A DNA stretch of 64,000 nucleotides from a virus. How positions within the stretch are numbered: position 1 is the first letter of the stretch; the number at the start of each line of letters is the position of its first letter. Both the position numbers and the translations under genes were made by a program. Shown here piece after piece: positions 19,083-27,485 of the stretch. Under the pieces are notes generated by a model. That model was not told where the DNA came from, did no database searches, and worked only from the letters and a program-made list of their open reading frames with translations. The DNA is taken from positions 79,094-143,093 of the IMG/VR virus record IMGVR_UViG_3300046791_000499; one strand, written 5' to 3'.

Positions 19083-19328
19083 GGCGGACCTCCGTCGCGG
19101 TGTTGCACTTCGGGCATGCGTCGGCAGGGAAGTCGGGGTGCAGTTCGCAGCGGAGTGCGGGCGCAACAACACCGACGCGACCGCCACTATCTCGGCGCGT
19201 CTGCCATTCGCCTGCGTTTTGCTGGGGACCCGAATCGACCACTTAGGCAGGCAGCCTAGGGGCTACATTTACAGGACGGCAAACATGGCCCGTTGCGCGC
19301 CGCGGTACGGCCGAGATAGAATCCGCGA

Positions 19329-19664
19329 GTGACGGCCGGGACTCGACGGATGCTCGCAAACATCGTGGCCGACGATGACCTGCGAGGCAGTTCGAGCGGA
19401 CGCCCGATTCTCTACGGTTTCGGATACCGGTATCTGCTCCGAATTGGTCGGGTTGCCGGGCGGAAGACGTTGAGGCGGACCATCCTCCGCGGAGTGCCAC
19501 TTCACGACCCGATCATCGCGATCGCATGGGGGCTGGCCCGTCGAGGCAAGCGGGATCTCGCTGCTGCTGTGCTTCGGGAATTCGGCTACTCGAGCGAGTA
19601 CCGGGTCTGCCGTCGGTCGATCTTCCAGGTCGCAATCGCTCGGGCGAAGCCGGTCACGCCCTGA
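19329..19664 (+). CDS. Small basic hypothetical protein, divergent from structural operon
   Basis: Only ORF filling the gap; Arg-rich. Confidence 0.45.
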   Translation: MTAGTRRMLANIVADDDLRGSSSGRPILYGFGYRYLLRIGRVAGRKTLRRTILRGVPLHDPIIAIAWGLARRGKRDLAAAVLREFGYSSEYRVCRRSIFQVAIARAKPVTP

Positions 19665-19685
19665 CCGGCGGGGCGGCCTACCTGG

Positions 19686-21080
19686 TCATGGGTTCCGGCT
19701 CCGGGTGTGTTCGAGCGCAAACGCCTGGATGTTGGCCACGATGCGCTGGCGAAAGTCGCCGTCGCGCTCGTCTGGGTTTCGCGTCAGCCCGCGAACCTGC
19801 CCGATGCCGTCGAGCGCCTGGCCCGTGGCGCGAGGCACCACGATCACCTGGGTTCGACGTGTTCGGAATAGCCGAGCCTCGGCATGCTCGATCTCGCCGC
19901 GACGCCAGCGTGGAAGTTGCAGCCATTCGCGCCTCTCGTGCTCGCGATGAGGCCGTGCCGAGATGCGCTCATCCAGGCTCGGGCGGTCGGCCGCTGGCAT
20001 CGTGACCAGGAACTCGGGTCCGCAGTACAGGCTATCGGCGTACTCGCGGTGCTTGCCTCGGTCGACCACCCGGGTCGCAGGGCCTCCGAAGCGGGCATGC
20101 TCGCCGGGGATTGGGATCGTGTCGACCAGGTCGGAGAGATCCCGATCTTCGTCGTACAGCCTCCGGGTCCACTCGCTGCGGCTGCGATCGTCTCGGGCAC
20201 TCGGCGTTCGTTGCGAGTCGGCCACAACAACCGCCACGGCCGTCGACCATGTGATCTTCGGCAGCACTCCGGTGAGATTGTGCCCCGTACCTCGGCACGT
20301 CGGGCACCGACCGCGGATCGATTCACCCACGGCAGCCTCGCGCGGCTGGCCGTCCTCACCGATGATCGTCAGCCCAGGAACCGCAACCACCGAGATGCGG
20401 GTGTGCGGTGTGATCGCCAGGCCCGGTCCCGTCTCGCCGATCCCATCGCATCCGAGGCAGTCGCTGGGCTGGCCCTCGAGCGCCTCGAGCAGCAGTCGGC
20501 CGAGATGGGCGATGGCCTTGCCATTGGCGACGCCGGGCGGGATGCCGTGCTTGCGGGTGAATCCGCGACCCTTGCAGGCGGTGCAACGCCGACTCCAGAC
20601 CTCGGTCGGCTCCTCACCATCATCCGTCGGAAAAGTGCCGCCGGTTTGCTCCCAGCCTTCGAGGGCGAACGTAGCGTGGGCAATGGCACGAGTGACCCCG
20701 TGCTGCTTCTCTTCGTACCCATTCCCCTTGCACTCCTTGCATCGCTCCCACCCGTACTCGCTAGCGAGCGGACCTGGCCAACCACCTGCCTGTGGGAAGC
20801 GAAGGGGATGCGGAGTCTCGAACGCGGCCCCGTCTTCGATGTACGACTGCGCCGCATCGAGGCATCCGCTCCGAGTCAGGTGCACCGTCGTGGCGACCAC
20901 GGATCCGTACGTCGCGCCGATCTTCCACTTGGTCTGCCATCGCCTGCCAGCATCTCCGATCGTGACGTGCTCGAGCGTGATCGTAGCGCATGCCTCCGCG
21001 ATCAGCCGAGCGACCTGCATCCGGTTGCGGCGCAGCCTCATGGTCTTGGATTGCTTCGCCTGTCCCACTACAACCAGCAC
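19686..21080 (-). CDS. CxxCxGxG (DnaJ-type) zinc-finger repeat protein
   Basis: CKECKGNG, CTACKGRG, CLGCDGIG, CPTCRGTG; start may be ATG 21041. Confidence 0.7.
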   Translation of the reverse strand: MLVVVGQAKQSKTMRLRRNRMQVARLIAEACATITLEHVTIGDAGRRWQTKWKIGATYGSVVATTVHLTRSGCLDAAQSYIEDGAAFETPHPLRFPQAGGWPGPLASEYGWERCKECKGNGYEEKQHGVTRAIAHATFALEGWEQTGGTFPTDDGEEPTEVWSRRCTACKGRGFTRKHGIPPGVANGKAIAHLGRLLLEALEGQPSDCLGCDGIGETGPGLAITPHTRISVVAVPGLTIIGEDGQPREAAVGESIRGRCPTCRGTGHNLTGVLPKITWSTAVAVVVADSQRTPSARDDRSRSEWTRRLYDEDRDLSDLVDTIPIPGEHARFGGPATRVVDRGKHREYADSLYCGPEFLVTMPAADRPSLDERISARPHREHERREWLQLPRWRRGEIEHAEARLFRTRRTQVIVVPRATGQALDGIGQVRGLTRNPDERDGDFRQRIVANIQAFALEHTRSRNP

Positions 21081-21286
21081 TCCACGATCACGGGATCGTC
21101 AGTGGTGGAACGCGAAACACAGATGTGGCCGCTCGGGACTGCCAGTCGGGCCGCCTGGAGATCATCGACCACGGCGAGCGGTACTTGGTCGGGCTTCTCG
21201 CCAACCCAGCGCCTCACCACGAACTTGTCGGGGTAGTCCTTGGGGTTGTCGTAGATCGCGTAGAATTCACCAACCGTCACCGTCAT
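21068..21286 (-). CDS. Small hypothetical phage protein
   Basis: IYDNPKDYPDKFVVRRW...DDPVIVECWL; ATGA coupling. Confidence 0.65.
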   Translation of the reverse strand: MTVTVGEFYAIYDNPKDYPDKFVVRRWVGEKPDQVPLAVVDDLQAARLAVPSGHICVSRSTTDDPVIVECWL

Positions 21287-22044
21287 GGGCTTGTGCTCTC
21301 CTCGGCCTTGGCCGGCGTAATCATGTCGAGCGTCGGGCTGACCTCGTGGAAGCCGTGGAACGAGACGATGTCGAGCACCACGTACTCGGACGACCGCTCG
21401 CCCAAGCGGTTCCACGTCGCACACCGCTCATCCCATTCGAGATCGCTGATCTGGTCGGGTTTGTCCGTATTGTTCCAATAGCCGTACTCCTCGAGCCCGG
21501 TGTACTCACGGAGGAAGTCGAGCACGCCGCCCATGAGGCTGGCGCCGTCGCAGTAGGGGATCAGGTAGTACCGGCCACCGAGTTCGCGGATGGCGACCGA
21601 GACGCCGAGGTTCCACTTGCTGCGCTGGAAACTGCTCAACTGCGCGCCGTACTTCTGCGTGACCCAGGGGTCGACATCGAGCACGTCCAGCGGGCGAGCA
21701 TCGTAGCCATCGCCGTGGAGGTCAGCGAGGATCTGCGCGTTGACGACCGACACCCGCGAGACCGGCTTGACCCCGATGCGCTTCTCAGCGGACCGCATGT
21801 ACATGCTCACCGATACGACCCGATCGCTCGTGTCCTTGGTCTCCTCACGCCAGACCTCGAAGTCAGCATTTGCTCGCATGAACCATGTGGACAGCGCCTC
21901 TGCTCGCCCTTCGATGATGTCGCGGTAGACCTCGGCTAGCCGAGCACGAGCAGCGGTTTGGCCCTCGCGCTTGATCGTGAACAGGATCGGCCAGAGCGGG
22001 AAGCCCTCGCGGACGCGGTACGCCTCGTAGATTTTGGTGCTCAT
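21283..22044 (-). CDS. Hypothetical phage protein
   Basis: MSTKIY...YGYWNNTDKPD; ATGA coupling. Confidence 0.65.
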   Translation of the reverse strand: MSTKIYEAYRVREGFPLWPILFTIKREGQTAARARLAEVYRDIIEGRAEALSTWFMRANADFEVWREETKDTSDRVVSVSMYMRSAEKRIGVKPVSRVSVVNAQILADLHGDGYDARPLDVLDVDPWVTQKYGAQLSSFQRSKWNLGVSVAIRELGGRYYLIPYCDGASLMGGVLDFLREYTGLEEYGYWNNTDKPDQISDLEWDERCATWNRLGERSSEYVVLDIVSFHGFHEVSPTLDMITPAKAEESTSP

Positions 22045-22316
22045 CGTGTCTTTCGTTTCTTGCGAACGCTGCCGTAGGTCATGCGGAACCCATCGTCGGT
22101 CAGGTTGAAGGCCCGCGGATTTCCGGGCTCGACCACGGCCAACCCCATGCCGACCAGTTCGGTCCACTCGGTGAAGTCGTCCGAGTCCGTCTCTGCGCAG
22201 TAGTAGTTGCGGTGGCCTCGGAGCATGCCGCCGGTGGCGTAGCGCATCATGTCGAGATGTCGTTGCGTGACCTTCGGCGTGTACCGGATCGGATCAGGTG
22301 GGGCGTGGTTGGTCAC
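22041..22316 (-). CDS. Hypothetical protein (RNYY motif, wHTH-like)
   Basis: HRNYYCA...W-x-x-L-V-x-x-G-L-A; ECF-type promoter upstream. Confidence 0.6.
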   Translation of the reverse strand: MTNHAPPDPIRYTPKVTQRHLDMMRYATGGMLRGHRNYYCAETDSDDFTEWTELVGMGLAVVEPGNPRAFNLTDDGFRMTYGSVRKKRKTR

Positions 22317-22325
22317 GATGCATCC

Positions 22326-22351
22326 GACCGCTCAGGAAGTTGGCGGATTCC
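22326..22351 (-). promoter_or_regulatory. ECF-type promoter GGAAT-N18-GTC
   Basis: 9 nt before GTG 22316. Confidence 0.7.
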
Positions 22352-22655
22352 TGGCGGCCACATGAGCATCCAGGTCACGAATGCGGCGTCGGATCTCGTC
22401 GCGCCCATCGTATGCGTGGACCGTCTCCCGCCCATTGGCGATGGACCACGAGATGTTGTCAGTGGCTTGCTGCTCGAGCGCGACAAGCCGCTCGCGCTCG
22501 CGGATCTCGACCGGTACAACCACCGCCAGCCGAGTTGCTCGGCGCTCGGCGATCCTCCGCGCACGCTGCCGAGCCCGACGCCACCGGCGAAGGTCTGGGT
22601 CGACGAGCAGCCAGACGAGTAGGCCCGCGGCGAGGATGACCAACTGCTCGAGCAT
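22332..22655 (-). CDS. Hypothetical membrane-anchored protein
   Basis: N-terminal hydrophobic helix. Confidence 0.45.
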   Translation of the reverse strand: MLEQLVILAAGLLVWLLVDPDLRRWRRARQRARRIAERRATRLAVVVPVEIRERERLVALEQQATDNISWSIANGRETVHAYDGRDEIRRRIRDLDAHVAARNPPTS

Positions 22656-22743
22656 CAATACGGCTCCCACCAGAGATGGCCCCACAGCCACGCGATGTCA
22701 CTGCTGACGTGCACGGGCTCTCGCTGGAGTAGCTGGTACGGCG

Positions 22744-22992
22744 TCATGCTCGTGCTCGTCGGCTCGCGTGCGCGATGATCCCATCGTAGGTCTCGCGCAT
22801 CTCGTCTTCGGTGTAGTTGCGAGAGTCCCACTCGTTGGTGCCACCCTCGCGGGCGTACCTCTCGTGTGAAGCCCGGAACATGTCGCGCCACTTCTCGAAC
22901 CCGAGCCCGCGCAATTCCTTCACACAGTCTGGTCCGTCGTCGATCTCGCGCAGGTACCTGGCGATGGCCTCGTGAACGGTCAGCCTGCTCAT
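22744..22992 (-). CDS. Hypothetical protein
   Basis: ATGA-coupled ORF. Confidence 0.5.
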   Translation of the reverse strand: MSRLTVHEAIARYLREIDDGPDCVKELRGLGFEKWRDMFRASHERYAREGGTNEWDSRNYTEDEMRETYDGIIAHASRRARA

Positions 22993-23255
22993 GGTTCGAT
23001 CTCCCGTGCTCGGCAGCCATGCCACTTCCCACCCGGCTGCTCCAAGAACAGGCTCTCGCCCGACTTGGCTGCGACGGTCCACTCCTCGCCCTTGCATCGC
23101 ACGACCTCACCGACCTCATAGGTCCGAGCAGCGCGGTTGTCGATCCACTGCTGGACCTTCCGGGCTTGCGGTGGGATCCGCCAGAGGCACAGCATCCAGC
23201 CGAGTGCGTAGTCGGTAACCTTCGCCGCGGTGGTGAGCACACGCCTGCCGATCAT
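22989..23255 (-). CDS. Hypothetical protein (small SH3-like)
   Basis: YEVGEVV; ATGA coupling. Confidence 0.5.
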   Translation of the reverse strand: MIGRRVLTTAAKVTDYALGWMLCLWRIPPQARKVQQWIDNRAARTYEVGEVVRCKGEEWTVAAKSGESLFLEQPGGKWHGCRAREIEP

Positions 23256-23653
23256 GACCCGACCTCCATTGCCGCCATGGCCTCGAGCACGTCGAGTTCG
23301 CTGGGTGCGTAGCCTCGGACATGTGCGACGCGGATCATAGCGATGATCACCCGCATCATTCCGCGGCCGTTGTCGTCTTGGGCGTCTTGCTCGGCCCACT
23401 CCGGGGTCTCGGTCTCGTGGCTGGGGACCCCGCCGACGGACCTTGCCCACGCTTGCACGTGCGCCCACGTCACGCCGGCCTGGCTTACGTCTGCAGGTTC
23501 GACCTTGACGCGACGACGGTGCCACTCGCGATCGGCGAGCAGGGCTGCGATGGCGTCAGCGGCAAGGCTTCCCCACGGTGGAGGCAGGTCGCCGCGCACG
23601 TAGATGCGCAATTGATCCACGTCGTGAAGCGTCATCTTCTCGGGCTCGATCAT
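23252..23653 (-). CDS. Hypothetical protein, paralog of 23650-24102
   Basis: RVKVEP...LDVLEAMA. Confidence 0.55.
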   Translation of the reverse strand: MIEPEKMTLHDVDQLRIYVRGDLPPPWGSLAADAIAALLADREWHRRRVKVEPADVSQAGVTWAHVQAWARSVGGVPSHETETPEWAEQDAQDDNGRGMMRVIIAMIRVAHVRGYAPSELDVLEAMAAMEVGS

Positions 23654-24102
23654 GGCTGGATCTCCGCTCCGGCCATGGCATCGAGTACGTCGAGCGGCGG
23701 CTGGCCTTCCACCTTGGCGACTGCATTCACGAGCGTGGCCATGATGCCGGCGAAGTCAGGCGCATCGGTGAGCTGCGGGATCCGAACATCTCGGCCGCGC
23801 TTCTCCAAGAGCACCATGGTGGTCAGGTCACCGCGACGGGCTTCGATTCGGTTTCCCCAACCAATTTCAAGTAGGTGCGCTTCGACGCGGTGAGGGTCCA
23901 GCCATGCGGCATCGTCTGGCTCCACCTTGACACGAGCGCGGAGCCGCGTGATCAAGGCCGCCTGAGCGTCGACGAGCGAGAGCAGTTCGCGGGTCTCGAC
24001 GTCAGCGAAACATCCTGGAACGGCTATCTCGCACAACCGTCGGATGACATCGAGCCGCTCGGCGTTCGGGACGGGCAGCGGAACCTTGGGCTTGCGCGTC
24101 AT
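23650..24102 (-). CDS. Hypothetical protein, paralog of 23252-23653
   Basis: RVKVEP...LDVLDAMA. Confidence 0.55.
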   Translation of the reverse strand: MTRKPKVPLPVPNAERLDVIRRLCEIAVPGCFADVETRELLSLVDAQAALITRLRARVKVEPDDAAWLDPHRVEAHLLEIGWGNRIEARRGDLTTMVLLEKRGRDVRIPQLTDAPDFAGIMATLVNAVAKVEGQPPLDVLDAMAGAEIQP

Positions 24103-24347
24103 GGATACGCCGCCTGGTCGATCTCGACGTGGCCAAGGTAGCGCGCCTGGTACTCCTGGCTGACCATGAGCGTATCCGGCCTTCCGGTCCAAGTAGCGAC
24201 GACCTTGGGGTAGATGCCCTGCTCTCCGATCGGGTGCGTCACGAGCAACACAGCGCCAGCGAACTCGATGAGATCACCACGGGTCAGCCACGATGCGGCG
24301 CGTGCGTGACTGGTTTCGATCTTCGCGGTTGGCATTGGTTCGGCCAT
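24099..24347 (-). CDS. Hypothetical protein
   Basis: Promoter upstream; ATGA coupling downstream. Confidence 0.5.
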   Translation of the reverse strand: MAEPMPTAKIETSHARAASWLTRGDLIEFAGAVLLVTHPIGEQGIYPKVVATWTGRPDTLMVSQEYQARYLGHVEIDQAAYP

Positions 24348-24355
24348 GTTGGGCC

Positions 24356-24380
24356 AACCGCTTCGAGCGCGGCTTATTCC
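24356..24380 (-). promoter_or_regulatory. ECF-type promoter GGAAT-N17-GTT
   Basis: 8 nt before ATG 24347. Confidence 0.7.
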
Positions 24381-24387
24381 TGGCCGC

Positions 24388-24855
24388 TCAGTCGAAGCGC
24401 TTCCCGATCTTCATGCCGGTTCGCGTGCGGTCGATCGACGTCACAGCCGCAGCCAACGCGCGGACATCGGACCGACGCTTCACCCGGCCGCCGCGGGGCT
24501 GATGGTGCGTGACGATTGCTGCTTCGATGACCTCATCGTCCGAGCAGCCGAGGCCGCGCATCTTGGCGATGACCTCCCCGAACGTGTCCGCCTCGAGCGA
24601 GTCGTCGCCAACGAGGATCTGAAATCGCGGCTCGGGTCCAAGGCTGCGGTAGGGATCAGTCTGCGCCTTGCGGATCCGCGCTCGGGCTCGCCTGCGAGAC
24701 CACGCCAGCCACAGCCGTTGACGCAGCACTTGGATCGCCAGCCATGCCGCGCCGAACAACTCGGCCAGATCAGCGCCATCGCTTGTGCACCGGCACCGGC
24801 CGGTCGGCTCACCCGTCTTCCACCCCTGGCCGCAGCCCTCGCAGCGGACGCTCAT
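24388..24855 (-). CDS. Hypothetical protein
   Basis: ATGA-coupled; N-terminal CxxC. Confidence 0.45.
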   Translation of the reverse strand: MSVRCEGCGQGWKTGEPTGRCRCTSDGADLAELFGAAWLAIQVLRQRLWLAWSRRRARARIRKAQTDPYRSLGPEPRFQILVGDDSLEADTFGEVIAKMRGLGCSDDEVIEAAIVTHHQPRGGRVKRRSDVRALAAAVTSIDRTRTGMKIGKRFD

Positions 24856-25202
24856 TTCGGTGGCAGCCCCTGCGCCGCACGCTTCGCGGGGTTCGGCGAG
24901 ACCGGGCTGATGGTCCCGTTGCGCAGTCCGGCGCCGAGCGCATCGATCACCACGGACAGGCAGAAACTACCGTCGATACGGAAGGCGCGTTCGTCCGCAC
25001 CCCACGTTCGGTCCGAGTCGCCGCTCGCCGTGGTCCAGTCTGCGAAGGTGTAGGGCCCCGCGCCGAGATGCGCTTTCATCCCGATCACGAGGAACGTCAC
25101 CACCTGGTTCCCACATACAAATACCGCATGCTGGGAGAAGCCTTGCGCATCCTCTTTGCGGGCCGTCTCGACCCTGGCGAGCGTCCAACTTGGCGTGGTC
25201 AT
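24852..25202 (-). CDS. Hypothetical protein
   Basis: Promoter upstream; ATGA coupling. Confidence 0.5.
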   Translation of the reverse strand: MTTPSWTLARVETARKEDAQGFSQHAVFVCGNQVVTFLVIGMKAHLGAGPYTFADWTTASGDSDRTWGADERAFRIDGSFCLSVVIDALGAGLRNGTISPVSPNPAKRAAQGLPPK

Positions 25203-25210
25203 GCGGTCAC

Positions 25211-25236
25211 GACCGGCCAGGCCAGCCGCTCATTCC
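25211..25236 (-). promoter_or_regulatory. ECF-type promoter GGAAT-N18-GTC
   Basis: 8 nt before ATG 25202. Confidence 0.7.
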
Positions 25237-25490
25237 CGGAACCGAGGCCGACCCAGGCCACCGCTCTCGAGCACCACGTGGGAGTGCGGACGGCCATGCT
25301 CGTGGGCGATGACGTTGGGCGGTAGCACGAACGGGATCGGCCCAGCGAGTTCGATGGTGAACGAGTACGTCTTCCCGTAGTGCACGTCGGGCTTGGGCGA
25401 CGAGCCGAGCCAGGGGCTCGAGGTCACGGGAGCGCCGTCGATGAAGATCTCCACGCGTGCCGGGTCGACGGCGATCACCTGGGTCCCCAT
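25230..25490 (-). CDS. Small hypothetical protein, tube-like N-terminus
   Basis: MGTQVIAVDPARVEIFIDGAPVT. Confidence 0.45.
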   Translation of the reverse strand: MGTQVIAVDPARVEIFIDGAPVTSSPWLGSSPKPDVHYGKTYSFTIELAGPIPFVLPPNVIAHEHGRPHSHVVLESGGLGRPRFRE

Positions 25491-25492
25491 GG

Positions 25493-26020
25493 CTACGGCG
25501 TCAGCTTCGTCAGGTCGCGAGCCCGAGACTTGGTCAGCGACGCGATGACCGGCGTCACACCTATGTTGAGCGCGGCGGCCATCTGCTCCGGGGTCTTGGC
25601 CTCGCGGATCAACGGGATACACCGGGCGAGGGTCAGGCACAGGATGATCCCCTCGGGGGTGCCGAGCGCCAGTTTGGACGTGGCCTTCGTTTTCATCTCA
25701 GGGTCCAACGTGATCGTGGTCTCGATCATGTTGGAGATGAACGAGGCGAGCGCGACCTCCTCTGGTTCGCACTCGACCCCGCGTTTGCGCAACTCCTCGG
25801 CCATGCGCTCGGCGACATCGAGCATGTCGCCCGTGATCTCGAACGGGGGCACGCGGGACTCGGCCCAGTGCTTGGCCTCTGCTTCCATCGCCGCGAGCAG
25901 GTCCCATTGCGTGACGACCTCCTGGTAGGTGGGTTCGCCTTCACCCTCGCAGCCGAGGTATCCGCGAGCCCACGCGAGGCGGCGGTCCTTTTCGATGTCC
26001 ATGGTCATGTCGGAGACCAT
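25493..26020 (-). CDS. Hypothetical protein
   Basis: Helical, coding-like composition; start uncertain. Confidence 0.5.
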   Translation of the reverse strand: MVSDMTMDIEKDRRLAWARGYLGCEGEGEPTYQEVVTQWDLLAAMEAEAKHWAESRVPPFEITGDMLDVAERMAEELRKRGVECEPEEVALASFISNMIETTITLDPEMKTKATSKLALGTPEGIILCLTLARCIPLIREAKTPEQMAAALNIGVTPVIASLTKSRARDLTKLTP

Positions 26021-26021
26021 G

Positions 26022-26528
26022 CTATTCGACCGGCGTGAGCTTGTCGCGGCCGATGAACTGCGAGCGTTTCCCGTCGATGCCGATGTAGTCACCTTGCAGC
26101 TTTCCACCGCCGCCGATCCGCGTTGAACCGAGGGGAACCAGGACGATCTCGCCGAGCAAGTGTTCGTACACGAGATCGTAGCGACACTCGAATTCGTAGT
26201 GGCCGAAGTGACCCTCGTGCATCGACATCTGCAGACGCGGCACGGGCAGGCCGTGTGGGTCCACGTCCAGGCTCGTGTGCCCGGTCCAATGCCTGGCGTT
26301 TTCGAGTTCGTCGATCCGGTCGCGCGCCTCCGCCAGCCGTTCCTCGGCTTCTCCGAGCTGGTCGTTCAGACGCTCGTATAGCTTGACCCGATCCCCGCCA
26401 GCCCGATCGAATTGAATGCCGATCTGGGCCAGTACACAGATATCGTCGTCGTCCACACCCAGGCTGGTGAAAATGGTGGCGTCGGCGGTCAGGGCCCGCA
26501 TGATGGCGTCGAGGCGCTCGGTGTCCAT
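26022..26528 (-). CDS. Hypothetical protein
   Basis: Start revised to ATG 26528 behind ECF-type promoter. Confidence 0.55.
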   Translation of the reverse strand: MDTERLDAIMRALTADATIFTSLGVDDDDICVLAQIGIQFDRAGGDRVKLYERLNDQLGEAEERLAEARDRIDELENARHWTGHTSLDVDPHGLPVPRLQMSMHEGHFGHYEFECRYDLVYEHLLGEIVLVPLGSTRIGGGGKLQGDYIGIDGKRSQFIGRDKLTPVE

Positions 26529-26537
26529 GTGTCGGCC

Positions 26538-26563
26538 AACCGCGAAGCTACTTGCCAGATTCC
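26538..26563 (-). promoter_or_regulatory. ECF-type promoter GGAAT-N18-GTT
   Basis: 9 nt before ATG 26528. Confidence 0.7.
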
Positions 26564-26769
26564 CTCGCCAGGCTATCCCAGTAGTCGACTTGGCCGTCAA
26601 CGATGGCCGGCTCGCACCTTGCCCACTCCCCTGGTCGCGGAGGTCGTGGCCCGCCCGGGAGCGCGGTGCGAGCCAGGTTGCTGAGGTCGGTGAAGTCGAT
26701 CCCGCCACGGCGCAGACGCAGCGCGGGATACGGGTGAGCGTCCATGCAGGTTTGTTCAGAAACACTCAT
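26548..26769 (-). CDS. Small hypothetical protein
   Basis: ATGA-coupled. Confidence 0.4.
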   Translation of the reverse strand: MSVSEQTCMDAHPYPALRLRRGGIDFTDLSNLARTALPGGPRPPRPGEWARCEPAIVDGQVDYWDSLARESGK

Positions 26770-26981
26770 GATCGTCCACCCCTCTTCGGCTGTGCGCGGT
26801 TCTGGTCACGGAGCGCCAGCATGCCGAGCAGCACCCACGTCGCCGCGCCGATCCCCTCGAGCAGCGAGTATGTGTAGCCGTCTTGCACGAGCGGTCCAAA
26901 GAGGTAGCCGAGCCCCATCTGGTGCCCGAGGATCGTGATCCACGGGACGCCGCGAAAGCCCTTGGATCGGGGTTCGGTCAT
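26766..26981 (-). CDS. Small two-TM membrane protein (holin candidate)
   Basis: Two hydrophobic segments, basic C-terminus, ~500 bp downstream of endolysin. Confidence 0.35.
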   Translation of the reverse strand: MTEPRSKGFRGVPWITILGHQMGLGYLFGPLVQDGYTYSLLEGIGAATWVLLGMLALRDQNRAQPKRGGRS

Positions 26982-27274
26982 CGGTGCCGTCCTCCGCCCA
27001 TGCCGAGAGCGAGCGGCAGCAAGTAGAGCAGAGGGCTCATCCGAAGCTTGGTTCGCCGTGGCCGCCGAGCGCGAACCGGTGCCGGTGTCTGCCGCACGTC
27101 GGCGAGGATCTTCCGCTCGAGCGCGACGATCTCGATGCACTGCGGGCAGCACCACGACGGCGCCACGCCACGCTTGACCGAGCGCGTCTTCCACCCGGCG
27201 ACGACGGCAGCGGGACCGCGCCGGGGTCCGACGCGCCCACACGTGCACACGGCCGATCGGTTCGACTGTCCCAT
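26978..27274 (-). CDS. Small Zn-finger protein
   Basis: CTCG...CCPQC. Confidence 0.45.
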   Translation of the reverse strand: MGQSNRSAVCTCGRVGPRRGPAAVVAGWKTRSVKRGVAPSWCCPQCIEIVALERKILADVRQTPAPVRARRPRRTKLRMSPLLYLLPLALGMGGGRHR

Positions 27275-27456
27275 TACCGCCCGGCACCCGCAGCCATGGG
27301 CACCATGCGAGGCTCGGGCTTGACGCTCGCGGGCCGCGGCTTGCCGGCCTGCGCGATCCAGTAGGACCTCGGCGCGGGCGAAAGCGCGCTCGCGAGCAGG
27401 CGGTGGACGAAGACTTCGTTGGTGAGGGTGATCGGTTGGAGTGCCATGTCGCGCCC

Positions 27457-27482
27457 TACCCAAGAGCCCCGCGGGTTCTTCC
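27457..27482 (-). promoter_or_regulatory. ECF-type promoter variant GGAAG-N18-GTA
   Basis: 9 nt before ATG 27447. Confidence 0.5.
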
Positions 27483-27485
27483 CGG

